This document shows, one piece after another, positions 36,169 to 45,721 of a stretch of DNA of 64,000 nucleotides. The first letter of the stretch is position 1. The number at the start of each line of letters is the position of its first letter. The position numbers and the translations under genes were made by a program. This stretch comes from a virus: IMG/VR virus record IMGVR_UViG_3300020048_003770, positions 32,001-96,000 of that record; one strand, written 5' to 3'. The notes under the pieces were generated by a model. It had not been told where the DNA came from and searched no databases. It saw only the letters and a list, made by a program, of their open reading frames with translations.

Positions 36169-36732
36169 ATGATTAGAGAGATTTTGGGCAAAACATATGG
36201 CGACGATCTTAGGTTTATGGATGGTTTCGATGATTGTATAGAAGGGGTAGTTGAATGTTTCGGTCAACCCAATATTGTCTGTTATGATAAGGCTAAGGTA
36301 ATTGCGAAACTTATGGAAGACGGAATAGAGGAAGAAGAGGCTGAAGAATATTTTAATTTTAATCAACTCGGCGCATATGTTGGAGAAACAACTCCGTGTT
36401 TTTTGACTAAAATAAATTACAATAAGCCAAAATTAGATAATAAGCAGGAGTTGTGCAAGAAAATAATGTTAGTTTGGGACGAATTGTGTAAACACGAACC
36501 AAAAATAATTCAAGACGCAAAGAAACTTGAATATTCTTTTATTGATGATATAGGGAATAAGATGTTGACCTTATCCATAAAGGAATTGAATTCAACAAGT
36601 AAATATGTTGTTGAACATTTTTGTAATGAAAACCTTTGTGCAGAAAAAGCAATGGCAGACATAGGACTGTGGGCGTTCACAGAGTCTGACGATAGTACTT
36701 ATGATGAAGTGATGGATCTATTGAAAAAATAA
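36169..36732 (+). CDS. hypothetical phage protein
   Basis: DGFDDCIEG..YD..EEAEEYFNFN..GAYVGETTP. Confidence 0.6.
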   Translation: MIREILGKTYGDDLRFMDGFDDCIEGVVECFGQPNIVCYDKAKVIAKLMEDGIEEEEAEEYFNFNQLGAYVGETTPCFLTKINYNKPKLDNKQELCKKIMLVWDELCKHEPKIIQDAKKLEYSFIDDIGNKMLTLSIKELNSTSKYVVEHFCNENLCAEKAMADIGLWAFTESDDSTYDEVMDLLKK

Positions 36733-36997
36733 GGTTTGAATATGAAATTAAAAAACATAAAAATGTCAATGAGTCGTATGATTGTAATTGGAATTGCGTT
36801 GTTTTTTGTGTTTATAGGTAGTGGATGTTGTGTTTTTCGTGGGTTGGCTGAAATGGGATTTATGGGGGCGGGATGGAAATCTTCTGATATTCCGACAGAA
36901 TCCAATGACTTAATTGAAGATAACTCAAATTAATTATTGAAATTTAGAATTTATCGCATATAATGTTATTAGTTTGACGGAATTAGAAAGGATGGTT

Positions 36998-37396
36998 TAT
37001 ATGGGGTTAGGAATTGGATTTGGAAAGTATAACAGGAGTCATTGTGTGTCTTACAAAAGTTCTGGAAACTATGGGAACTGGGTGAATTCTCAACCTGCTA
37101 AACCTGAAAATTTGGATGTTGTTTTGCCTAATCCAGATCCAGAGAGATTTACTATTATTTCAACAATACAAATAGGAAAATCTTTGGTTGTTGAAGTCAA
37201 TTATCCTGATTGCATTAATTATGAAGGGAATAAGATTCTAGTGTTCAGCGATTGCGAAGAAAGAGAACTAAGAAGTAGGAAGACGCTAGACCCTCATTTT
37301 TCTCCCGATAATGGACCGATTGCCAGATTTGCTCCAACGGTTGAAGGTCTTCGATTGGCTGTTAAATTGGCTCATTTGATTAAGGAAACAAAATGA
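36998..37396 (+). CDS. hypothetical phage protein
   Basis: PNPDP..VNYPDCINYEGNKIL..LDPHF..PIARF. Confidence 0.6.
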   Translation, partial: YMGLGIGFGKYNRSHCVSYKSSGNYGNWVNSQPAKPENLDVVLPNPDPERFTIISTIQIGKSLVVEVNYPDCINYEGNKILVFSDCEERELRSRKTLDPHFSPDNGPIARFAPTVEGLRLAVKLAHLIKETK

Positions 37397-37842
37397 CTGA
37401 CGAAACTGAATCTATTAATTTAGACACCTACGATATGCCTAGAAGAGAAAAGGCTAAAGAATTGGGATGGACGGATGTTGCATGGACTTATGATGATATA
37501 TATGGTGGAATATATCTTGGGGGAGTAAACCCATTAACAAAAGAGTGGGATAAAGTTCCGCATATGAATATTAATATAACAATAGAAGGATGTTGTTCAA
37601 TGCATAAGTCTGAAATTGCTAAAATAATTGGGGAAAGACTTAAGGAAACAGGATTTGGTACGGTATTTATAATTGGCACCGATTACAAAGGGGAATATTT
37701 CAAGGGATTGTTAAGTGACGAATCTGTAACAATAGAAGTCGTGCCAGAAAAATTTCAGATTAGAGACGGTTTTGAGGGTAATATGGAATACGTACTGAAG
37801 AGCAGAGAACGAAACAAAATTGAACTAAATACAATTATATAG
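37393..37842 (+). CDS. hypothetical protein
   Basis: ORF track; ATGA coupling. Confidence 0.5.
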   Translation: MTDETESINLDTYDMPRREKAKELGWTDVAWTYDDIYGGIYLGGVNPLTKEWDKVPHMNINITIEGCCSMHKSEIAKIIGERLKETGFGTVFIIGTDYKGEYFKGLLSDESVTIEVVPEKFQIRDGFEGNMEYVLKSRERNKIELNTII

Positions 37843-37850
37843 ATGATAAC

Positions 37851-38096
37851 ATGATTGCGATTGAACGAATAGAAGATGGATATAGGATAACTATTACTGA
37901 GTTTAGATGGACATATTGGGTTTATCCTGATCTGCATGAAATATATAACAATGGCGAAAGATTTAAGGCTAGGAGTGCTCCAGTTTCTCCACGATTAACC
38001 CTTTTAGGTAATTGGACGATGGGTACAGTCTTAGACCAAATATTAATACAATGTCAAAAAAAGGAAAAACAAGACGAGATAGAAAGGGCAACATGA
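37851..38096 (+). CDS. hypothetical protein
   Basis: ORF track. Confidence 0.45.
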   Translation: MIAIERIEDGYRITITEFRWTYWVYPDLHEIYNNGERFKARSAPVSPRLTLLGNWTMGTVLDQILIQCQKKEKQDEIERAT

Positions 38097-38200
38097 ATAC
38101 GCTAAAAGAACAGATTCAAGATGACGTACTCCATCGGCTAAAGCACAATGGTTTCTTACTCCCATTAATGCTATAACTTAGGATTTCAATTTTCATGACA

Positions 38201-39487
38201 TCAAACGCTTTCTCTTTCAAGATCACGTCTGAAGGATAAATTGATATTTGGTTTATACTTCACCCCAAATATCAATGGAAGCGTCATTCTTCCTATTACG
38301 TCCAAACTATAAAGCCCAAACGATACTTGCGATGCACTTTCATTAATATATAAATTGTATATGTTAATAGCACCAACTCCATCCCTGTCAAAAACAAATC
38401 CACATTTATCACATTTGAAAACTCTTCCTTTCGGAGAAGATTCCTTAATATGATTGCAACTAGGACATGTTCTCGATGTGTTGTATTCTGGAATAATTTC
38501 ACATTTCCCACCAACACTCTCAAATTTATACCTGATATATTCCTTTAACTTCTGTTCAGGATTTTGCGTTATTTTCTGGTTATTCGCTTTCCCTAAATTC
38601 GTATCCTTGTGAGTACTTGAATTATTTCCAATAACAATTGTATTTATATTGTTTCCAATAGCATCATTGACAATTCTTCTTGCATATTTATGAAGAATAT
38701 CTTTTTCTTTGTTCTTTATCTTTTTCACATTACTTCTATATGCTCTTTTAAGATATTTCCTTCGTCTTGATTCCTTCCCGGCATTTGCATATTTGGATTG
38801 AGTTTTTGCCAATAATTTATTCCTCAATTTTCCTAATGCAAGAAACTCCTTACCTGAATATGTGTTTATTGCGTCAGGAGTGCATGTTGTGGCAATCCTT
38901 TTAACTCCTAAATCAATTGACATTACTTCTTCTGATTTGTTTATGGTATTTTGGAGTTTTGTATTGCAAACCATATTGATTTTCCAACCAGTGAAACAAT
39001 CATAGGAAATCGTTATGTATTTCGGAATTGGAAGATCGTCGCCCCACTTTATCTTGATTGGTTCAAATGGTTTCTTGACCGACAACAATAAATACCCATT
39101 TCGTCTTCTAATCGCTTCCTCTTTGAATATAACAGATCTAAGATATTTTTCCTTATGTGGAGGTTTTGGTTGTCCTGTGAAATTAGATGGGTTTGCCTTA
39201 TATGCTTTTAATGCTTTCGTGAAATTTTTGAAATCGTTTATGTACGCTTCATAAGATCCTTGCAATGATTGGGCGATTAGGAATTTTGGTTTATAAGTAT
39301 TGTAAATGGTTTTCCCAATAGCCTTGAAATCATTTCCTTCCGAATGAAGTTTCATAGCCATATTATATATCTCAGATGATTCATGGGACATATCGAATAT
39401 AAATGCGTTTGGTTTGTATGTCTGTGAATATGTTCTTGTATCATATTCCTTGACATTATCTATTTTTATATTGTCTTTTTTATACAT
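38201..39487 (-). CDS. tnpB: TnpB RNA-guided endonuclease
   Basis: SIDLGV, EYNTSRTCPSC..CDKC, DRDGVGAINI. Confidence 0.9.
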   Translation of the reverse strand: MYKKDNIKIDNVKEYDTRTYSQTYKPNAFIFDMSHESSEIYNMAMKLHSEGNDFKAIGKTIYNTYKPKFLIAQSLQGSYEAYINDFKNFTKALKAYKANPSNFTGQPKPPHKEKYLRSVIFKEEAIRRRNGYLLLSVKKPFEPIKIKWGDDLPIPKYITISYDCFTGWKINMVCNTKLQNTINKSEEVMSIDLGVKRIATTCTPDAINTYSGKEFLALGKLRNKLLAKTQSKYANAGKESRRRKYLKRAYRSNVKKIKNKEKDILHKYARRIVNDAIGNNINTIVIGNNSSTHKDTNLGKANNQKITQNPEQKLKEYIRYKFESVGGKCEIIPEYNTSRTCPSCNHIKESSPKGRVFKCDKCGFVFDRDGVGAINIYNLYINESASQVSFGLYSLDVIGRMTLPLIFGVKYKPNINLSFRRDLERESV

Positions 39488-39893
39488 TTTTCTGATCTTC
39501 TATATATTTCTTGACTATTTCCAATGATACGCTTCCAACGGTTGATATGAATTTTGATCTTGTCCATAACGTGGGGAGTCTGGATTTCAAATATGGGAAT
39601 TCCGATCTAAGTGTATTTGAAGTATATCCTTTGATTTTTGCGATTTGATTATTAATTCCTAGTTTTGGGTTGCAATCAATTAAGAGGTGAACGTGGTCTG
39701 GCATGATTTCTATTTCTATTATTTTGTATTGATATTCTGTTTGTTTTTCTAGGATAAGTTCTTTGAGTCGTTTTGCGATATTTTCGTCGAGGACTTTTCT
39801 TCTATATTTTGGGCAGAAGATAACGTGATATTGACATGAGTATACGGAGTTGCAGTCTTTGTTATATTCTTTATGGTTATTTACCAGTTCCAT
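39480..39893 (-). CDS. tnpA: Y1 transposase TnpA (IS200/IS605)
   Basis: YHVIFCPKYRR, MPDHVHLL (HUH), LWTRS, KKYIEDQ. Confidence 0.95.
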   Translation of the reverse strand: MELVNNHKEYNKDCNSVYSCQYHVIFCPKYRRKVLDENIAKRLKELILEKQTEYQYKIIEIEIMPDHVHLLIDCNPKLGINNQIAKIKGYTSNTLRSEFPYLKSRLPTLWTRSKFISTVGSVSLEIVKKYIEDQKNV

Positions 39894-40091
39894 TATATTT
39901 TCTCCTATTTATTACTTAACACAATATATTGTACAATAAAAGATAATGAAATTCCTTCTTGATTTTGAAAATATTTTTGTTATAATAAGAAAAATGGAAT
40001 AAGTATTGAAGATATTTGGTTTATAGTTGCGAAATTCATCCACGCGCTAAAGCATCGTGGTTCTCTTTCGAAAGTTCCTATAGAAAACAAA

Positions 40092-40406
40092 ATGAATAAC
40101 AGTTTAAAAGCAAGTTTTTGTGAACATTCAGATGAGTCTTCTGGTGTCGCTTATATTTGTTGGGGTGATTGTCAAAATTGGCATATTGGGTATATCCACC
40201 AAGAAGCAACTGAAATGTTTGGAGAGTCTGAAGTCGGGTCTCTTAAACGAGATGATAATCAGGTTTTATATTTTGAATTTTCAGATAATGTTGATTTTGT
40301 TGCTTTGGGAAATAAAATTGGCGTTAGACGGTCTACAATATCATGGTCAAGTTCTTCAGAGCGTCCTGTTCGAACATATGACCATAAAATAAAAAGGAAA
40401 TTATGA
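40092..40406 (+). CDS. hypothetical protein (possibly the 3' part of the IS-interrupted gene)
   Basis: ORF track. Confidence 0.45.
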   Translation: MNNSLKASFCEHSDESSGVAYICWGDCQNWHIGYIHQEATEMFGESEVGSLKRDDNQVLYFEFSDNVDFVALGNKIGVRRSTISWSSSSERPVRTYDHKIKRKL

Positions 40407-40840
40407 AATTTAGAGTATGGGATAAATTAAGAAAAGCGCATATATATTATGATCCTAAAAAATACCAAGGGCATTTCAATATATCTTTAAATGGTAGATT
40501 TTTTGATTCACACAATGGTAGTGGCGGAGATGAATATATTGTTCAACTTTGTTCCGATGTAAAGGATGCTAATGGGATTGAAATTTATGAAGGGGATATA
40601 GTTCGTACACTTAGGGGAGAAATGCATCCTAATATTGGACATGTTTATTTCGTGGCAGGAACATTTATGATTGATGGTGCAGGAACATTATATGAAGAAG
40701 TTACATCTAATGCGCCTGATCAAGCTATGGATATAGAAGTAATAGGGAATGCGTTTGAGGAATATATTGGTTGTAATCATAAGTTTGGGTCAGATGGCGG
40801 ACAATGCGAATATTGCGGGTGCCAAGGAGGTTTGTTGTGA
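40403..40840 (+). CDS. YopX-family protein
   Basis: MKFRVWDK..KDANGIEIYEGDIV..EVIGNAFE. Confidence 0.85.
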   Translation: MKFRVWDKLRKAHIYYDPKKYQGHFNISLNGRFFDSHNGSGGDEYIVQLCSDVKDANGIEIYEGDIVRTLRGEMHPNIGHVYFVAGTFMIDGAGTLYEEVTSNAPDQAMDIEVIGNAFEEYIGCNHKFGSDGGQCEYCGCQGGLL

Positions 40841-41133
40841 GTGAAAATACTGCAAGGATATATACAATTACTGGTATAACTAAAGATTTCCCAAAAGGAC
40901 GGGTTAGAAATTTTGGGTGGTTTCCATTTTTTGAAGAAGCGGAATCTGCGGTTTTGAATAATAGTTGCGGTATGGACGAAGGTGGATTTTATTCAACTAT
41001 TGTAATTGAAGAATGCGAAAGTGGAGTATACGTTATCGGAAATTATGAAACATCAAATGAATGGGATGGCGAAAAATATAATAAGTCGGAAAAACCATTA
41101 CGGTGTAAAGGTATTGTGAATTTTAGTTTTTGA
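40837..41133 (+). CDS. hypothetical protein
   Basis: ORF track. Confidence 0.5.
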   Translation: MSENTARIYTITGITKDFPKGRVRNFGWFPFFEEAESAVLNNSCGMDEGGFYSTIVIEECESGVYVIGNYETSNEWDGEKYNKSEKPLRCKGIVNFSF

Positions 41134-41150
41134 TTCTTTTAAGGAGCGAT

Positions 41151-41939
41151 ATGATTGGTTCTATAATTGGAGATGTTGTTGGAAGTTGTTTTGAATTTGA
41201 TAATACGGACGATCCTAATTTTGAATTATTTAGCGAAACAAGTACATTCACAGATGATACAGTTCTCACGGTAGCTACAGCAGATGTCATACGATTTGGT
41301 GGCAATTTCCTTGAAGAGTATCAAAAAGCTTTCAACAACTATCCTAATCGGGGTTGGGGAGGTATGTTTCTTTCTATTGCGTCAAAAGGAGAATTAGCGC
41401 CTTATAACAGCTTTGGGAATGGTTCTGCTATGCGAGTTTCTCCTGTTGGATGGGTTTGTGATAATATAAATGATACAATGGACTTGGCGAAGGAAACATC
41501 TATTGTAACCCATGATCATCCTGAAGGTGTAAAGGGCGCTCAAGCAGTAGCTATTGCGATTTATTTGGCTAGGAATGGCTATAATAAAAAATATATAATT
41601 GATGCTGTTAGTGAACTTGGTTATGATTTATCTAAGCCTTTAAATGAGTTTGATCATTCTTTTGATGTCACATGTCAAGGTACTATTCCTATATGTATGG
41701 CTTTATTTAATGAGACTAAAGATTTTGAAGAAGCGATACGTGTAACTGTTGCTCAGGGCGGAGATTGTGATACGAACGCTTGTATAGTTGGAGGTATTGC
41801 GGAAGCGTTTTATGGAATGCCACCAAAATATATGATTGAAGAAACACTTAATAGGCTTCCCGTTGAAATGCAGTTCACAGTTTGTAAATTTGTTGAGAAA
41901 TTTTGTTATAATAGTTTTGAAGATATGTTCATAAGATAA
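41151..41939 (+). CDS. ADP-ribosylglycohydrolase (DraG/ARH family)
   Basis: GSIIGDVVGS, FTDDT, SFGNGSAMRVSP, THDHPEG, GGDCDT. Confidence 0.92.
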   Translation: MIGSIIGDVVGSCFEFDNTDDPNFELFSETSTFTDDTVLTVATADVIRFGGNFLEEYQKAFNNYPNRGWGGMFLSIASKGELAPYNSFGNGSAMRVSPVGWVCDNINDTMDLAKETSIVTHDHPEGVKGAQAVAIAIYLARNGYNKKYIIDAVSELGYDLSKPLNEFDHSFDVTCQGTIPICMALFNETKDFEEAIRVTVAQGGDCDTNACIVGGIAEAFYGMPPKYMIEETLNRLPVEMQFTVCKFVEKFCYNSFEDMFIR

Positions 41940-41959
41940 ACAAAACAAGGAGGTGGGAA

Positions 41960-42202
41960 ATGGCTAAGCTAGTTGATAAGGTGTCGATTAAGAATGGTAG
42001 ATTAGTTAAGGTTTGGAATACTCTGAGGAAGAAGTTTTCAAATGCAAAAATGATTTATTTTGTCATTTGGGTAGAAGACGCTAATGGTAAGAATGAGCGG
42101 TGTTTGTTGTTCACGGAATCTGAAATCGCAAGAGCAGAGCATAGAGCACAGAATAAAGAGGATTTAACTAAGAAAAGTCTTTTAACTAATCTATTAGACT
42201 AA
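41960..42202 (+). CDS. hypothetical protein
   Basis: GGAGG RBS. Confidence 0.6.
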   Translation: MAKLVDKVSIKNGRLVKVWNTLRKKFSNAKMIYFVIWVEDANGKNERCLLFTESEIARAEHRAQNKEDLTKKSLLTNLLD

Positions 42203-42223
42203 TTTTAAATATAAAGGAGAAAA

Positions 42224-42769
42224 ATGGCAAGAAAGACAAGATCGTATTCAAGAGTTGGTGACGCTACAGATATTATTAACAAGCTTTATGATAAATATAC
42301 CGATGTTTTTTGGTGTATCAATCCATCTTCAATTGCGGTAATGGGAATTGATAATATGGAAAGATCAGAAAAGGCGGTAGAGAAACAGCCGATTTGGTCG
42401 AGAATGAGAAATGTAAAGGGCGTAGAAAAGGCTATCTTTCAGGAACATAATATTGGCGAACGATACATTTTGGAGGTTTACTGGTCGGACTGGCAGGGGT
42501 GGAGCGATTCAGTTCGTGCGGCTGTAATTGCCAATCATCTATTGGAAATTACGCCTGAAGTTGAAGTGAAGAACAGTCCTGATTGTGTAGGCTTCAAGAT
42601 TCTTTATAAGGCGTTGGGAGTTAATTGGGAACATGATATCACTCATATTCCGAATCTTTTGACTTCTGATATTGAGTTTGATTTGGATTTGCGTCCCGGT
42701 CTTTCGGAGATTGAGACAATGGAAGAGGATGGCGGACCAGAAGATCCAGGTGATGGGGATGACATCTAA
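42224..42769 (+). CDS. hypothetical protein (weak resemblance to a degenerate phage metallopeptidase)
   Basis: YILEVY..W..W...R.AVIANHLLEI. Confidence 0.5.
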   Translation: MARKTRSYSRVGDATDIINKLYDKYTDVFWCINPSSIAVMGIDNMERSEKAVEKQPIWSRMRNVKGVEKAIFQEHNIGERYILEVYWSDWQGWSDSVRAAVIANHLLEITPEVEVKNSPDCVGFKILYKALGVNWEHDITHIPNLLTSDIEFDLDLRPGLSEIETMEEDGGPEDPGDGDDI

Positions 42770-42996
42770 TGACAGTTAGAGCAATTGGTAGAAAAACGGA
42801 GATTGAGATCAAACCTGCAAAGGAGGTCTCAATCTCTAAAATAATTATTGGTAAAATCGAGCAAGACCTGTCAGATAGGGCGGGTCTTGCTGATCAATGG
42901 CATGAGATTGATGATGACATTAAACAAGAGATTAGAAACTCATGGATGGAAATAATTGAGAAAGAGATTGTAGCGGATTATAATAGTTGGACTTGA
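42769..42996 (+). CDS. hypothetical protein
   Basis: DLSDRAGL..W..ID..I..W. Confidence 0.55.
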   Translation: MTVRAIGRKTEIEIKPAKEVSISKIIIGKIEQDLSDRAGLADQWHEIDDDIKQEIRNSWMEIIEKEIVADYNSWT

Positions 42997-43162
42997 AATG
43001 TTTTTTGAGTTAATTCATGAATCGTCGAAAAGAATTTGGTAAAACATGTGAATTGTGTCGAAAGAAACGCGAAAGTCACATGTTCCCGTTTTTGATTAAT
43101 GAGAAATATATCAGATTATGCAAACAGTGTTGGGATGATCTGATTGCGAAAAGGACAACAAT

Positions 43163-43774
43163 ATGACGGAATCTATTGACGATTTTAATTTGGAATGGCA
43201 AAGTTCAAAATTCAAAGATACTATAACTGTATCTAAAAGTTATTTTGAGCATTTGTTGAGCTGTTTGGCTAATCAAAAGTTTATCGGCGATATAAATGCA
43301 GACGCTTTAGAATTAGATAAAAAAGAATACGAAAAGATACAGATTGAAAACCAAGATGTTATCGATAAGGCGTGGCGTAATGGTATGTTTATGCTTTGTC
43401 TAGAGCATAAAATGGAAGAATCTTGTAAAGAAATACATAAAAAATATTGTGATTTTTGGAACAGTCACGTAGATTTTATAAATAATCTAATGGCGGAAGA
43501 TAAAAAGTTATTTCCAGAAGATGAGAATATTACTTTCAAATGGGTGCATCTAGTCCAACAAGAAATCGAGATGTGGATTTCTTTATGTTCTTCTTCGAGT
43601 AATTCTAATCTTATCATAGACTGTAAAAACGAGATATATAAACACGGATATGTTGAGATTGACGACTTTGATTTTATTTGCAACAGAAGAGGATTTACGC
43701 CAGCAATGATTGATTTTTTGGTTGATATTTTAAAAGAAATCGGAATCGGAGAGAAATTAAATTATAGTTCTTGA
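43163..43774 (+). CDS. hypothetical protein
   Basis: ORF track. Confidence 0.55.
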   Translation: MTESIDDFNLEWQSSKFKDTITVSKSYFEHLLSCLANQKFIGDINADALELDKKEYEKIQIENQDVIDKAWRNGMFMLCLEHKMEESCKEIHKKYCDFWNSHVDFINNLMAEDKKLFPEDENITFKWVHLVQQEIEMWISLCSSSSNSNLIIDCKNEIYKHGYVEIDDFDFICNRRGFTPAMIDFLVDILKEIGIGEKLNYSS

Positions 43775-43816
43775 AAAACAACTATGGATAAACTATAATT
43801 TAGCATTGGAGGAATT

Positions 43817-44047
43817 ATGGCAGAGGGATTTATAGAAAAAATTGTAATTGAGGATGAATGGACTAGTGGCGGTGAACAGTTTAGGTTGATTGATGTTGGT
43901 GCCGGTCCAATGCGTTTGCAGGTTCTCAAAGATGGAGAGTGGGTTAAAGAAAGCGAACATTATGAGTGGGGAGTTTTAACCCATAGGATTAAGTCACTTG
44001 CGGCAATTACAAACAATTTTATTAGCGACGGAGGAGACGTTTTCTAA
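43817..44047 (+). CDS. hypothetical protein
   Basis: GGAGG RBS; promoter upstream. Confidence 0.55.
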   Translation: MAEGFIEKIVIEDEWTSGGEQFRLIDVGAGPMRLQVLKDGEWVKESEHYEWGVLTHRIKSLAAITNNFISDGGDVF

Positions 44048-44069
44048 AAAGACATTTGAAAGGGGAATT

Positions 44070-44975
44070 ATGGGCGACAAGTTAAAAGAAATAAGTAAAA
44101 TGCTATCGTTGGTTCTAAGGCATGATCCGAAGAAGATTGGCATAGAATTAGACAATAATGGGTGGACAAGTGTTGACAATTTGATCACAAAGGTTAATCT
44201 ATCTTTTAATGGTCGATACTTTATTACAAAAGATATACTTGACGAAATCGTTAGAACAAACAACAAGAAGCGTTTCGAGTATAGTTCTGATGGGTCAATG
44301 ATTAGGGCAAGACAGGGACATTCTGTTTCTGTTGATTTGGGCTATAAACCAGTTACTCCTCCAGAGGTCTTATATCATGGAACGTCCGAAGATGTCGTTG
44401 ATTCTATTTTCGAGAATGGAATTGAAAAACGAAGTCGTCACCATGTCCATCTTTCGGAAAATCATGAAACCGCTATGGCTGTAGGTAAGAGACATGGAAA
44501 GCCTTGTGCATTGACGATAGATTGCAAGAGTATGGTCGCGGATGGATATGAATTTTTCAAGACGGATAACGGAGTCTGGTTAGTAGATCATGTTCCGTCT
44601 ATTTATATCTACTCTGAATTACGATTTAAGTCAAAATCTAAGCAAAGCAACGAAAGAATTCAAAGTTATTTTAACGAAACAGAATCTGAAATTGAAAAAA
44701 AATTAGAAAAAGATGATGGCATAAGCAGGTATAGGTTCGAACAAAATCCTGCTGAAAGAATTTTCGTTGAAGAATTTATGGAACAAGATAAGTGGAGTAA
44801 TACTTTGGAATATATATTGTCCAGCTATTCTAATATAAGACAAGATGTAACAGATGAACAAAGAGCTGTTGCAATGACGATTATTCAGTGGATGGGTTCT
44901 CCTTGTGGTCAATCGTTCCTTCAAGTAGTTGCAGAAAGATGTAAAAAAGAAGGATGTAAGTTGCGAGGTTTTTAA
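44070..44975 (+). CDS. kptA: RNA 2'-phosphotransferase (Tpt1/KptA) fused to an extra C-terminal domain
   Basis: SKMLSLVLRH, NKKRFE, IRARQGHS, LYHGT, RHHVHLS, NGVWL. Confidence 0.92.
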   Translation: MGDKLKEISKMLSLVLRHDPKKIGIELDNNGWTSVDNLITKVNLSFNGRYFITKDILDEIVRTNNKKRFEYSSDGSMIRARQGHSVSVDLGYKPVTPPEVLYHGTSEDVVDSIFENGIEKRSRHHVHLSENHETAMAVGKRHGKPCALTIDCKSMVADGYEFFKTDNGVWLVDHVPSIYIYSELRFKSKSKQSNERIQSYFNETESEIEKKLEKDDGISRYRFEQNPAERIFVEEFMEQDKWSNTLEYILSSYSNIRQDVTDEQRAVAMTIIQWMGSPCGQSFLQVVAERCKKEGCKLRGF

Positions 44976-44979
44976 AAAA

Positions 44980-45234
44980 ATGAAAACCGAAAAAGGAATA
45001 CCGATTTTAAATGATAATCATGATATAGAAAAACTATATTTGTCTATTCTTTCTAATGCTTTCAGGGAGATGACTAATTCTTTGGTTGAAATGGAAATAC
45101 AAGACGCGAATCCAAAAGATATGATGGAAAAATGCGTGTGGCCAATTCTACATGAAGCTGGAAGAAGGGTTTCAACTATATTGAGTGGTGATTTGGATGT
45201 TCCTGATGGCGGCTTTGATTTGGTGGTTGGTTAA
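44980..45234 (+). CDS. hypothetical protein
   Basis: ORF track. Confidence 0.45.
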   Translation: MKTEKGIPILNDNHDIEKLYLSILSNAFREMTNSLVEMEIQDANPKDMMEKCVWPILHEAGRRVSTILSGDLDVPDGGFDLVVG

Positions 45235-45313
45235 TTGAAGGAATAGTAGAAAAAATATTTGAAATATCATTAAATGTAGTTATAATATAGTTATATTTGA
45301 TCTTTGATTCAAT

Positions 45314-45673
45314 GGGAGCGCTAGGAATCGATTGGCGTTTGAAAAAGTATTATTGCATGCAGAAGATCATGGCTGGCTTCTATAAATATCCATGAAAAAC
45401 AAGTAAACGGCGAAAGTCTTAAACTTGCTGCCTAATTAAAGGTAGCCAGAAACGGAGCAAGATAGTCTTGGTAGCTCTTAGTACTGTTGATTACAAGGCG
45501 GCGATTTGATTAAGCCTAATGGTCATGGCAAGAACGGGAAGACGTTCTGCGACTCATAATAAGCAATGAGAAGGTTTCTTTTGTTGAGCCTTTTAAATCA
45601 GCACAACAAGCATGTGAAGAAGTAATATCGTTTCTCGCACAACACGGGAGTTCGACTCTCCCCGCTTCCACCA
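45314..45673 (+). ncRNA. ssrA: tmRNA; tag (A)GESLKLAA at 45409-45435
   Basis: gggagcg/cgcttcc with G3:U70 plus ACCA; gcatgc/gcatgt helix; T-loop ttcgact; tag ORF ending LAA-stop. Confidence 0.92.
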
Positions 45674-45721
45674 TTTTTTGAGTGTTAGATTAAGTGTGTT
45701 CAATAAAAAAAGGAGGGAATA

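Larger units (their letters stand above)
38121..40080 (-). mobile_element. IS200/IS605-family insertion sequence (tnpA + tnpB)
   Basis: related subterminal hairpins ccatcggctaaagcacaatgg (38131) and ccacgcgctaaagcatcgtgg (40040); ends approximate. Confidence 0.85.
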
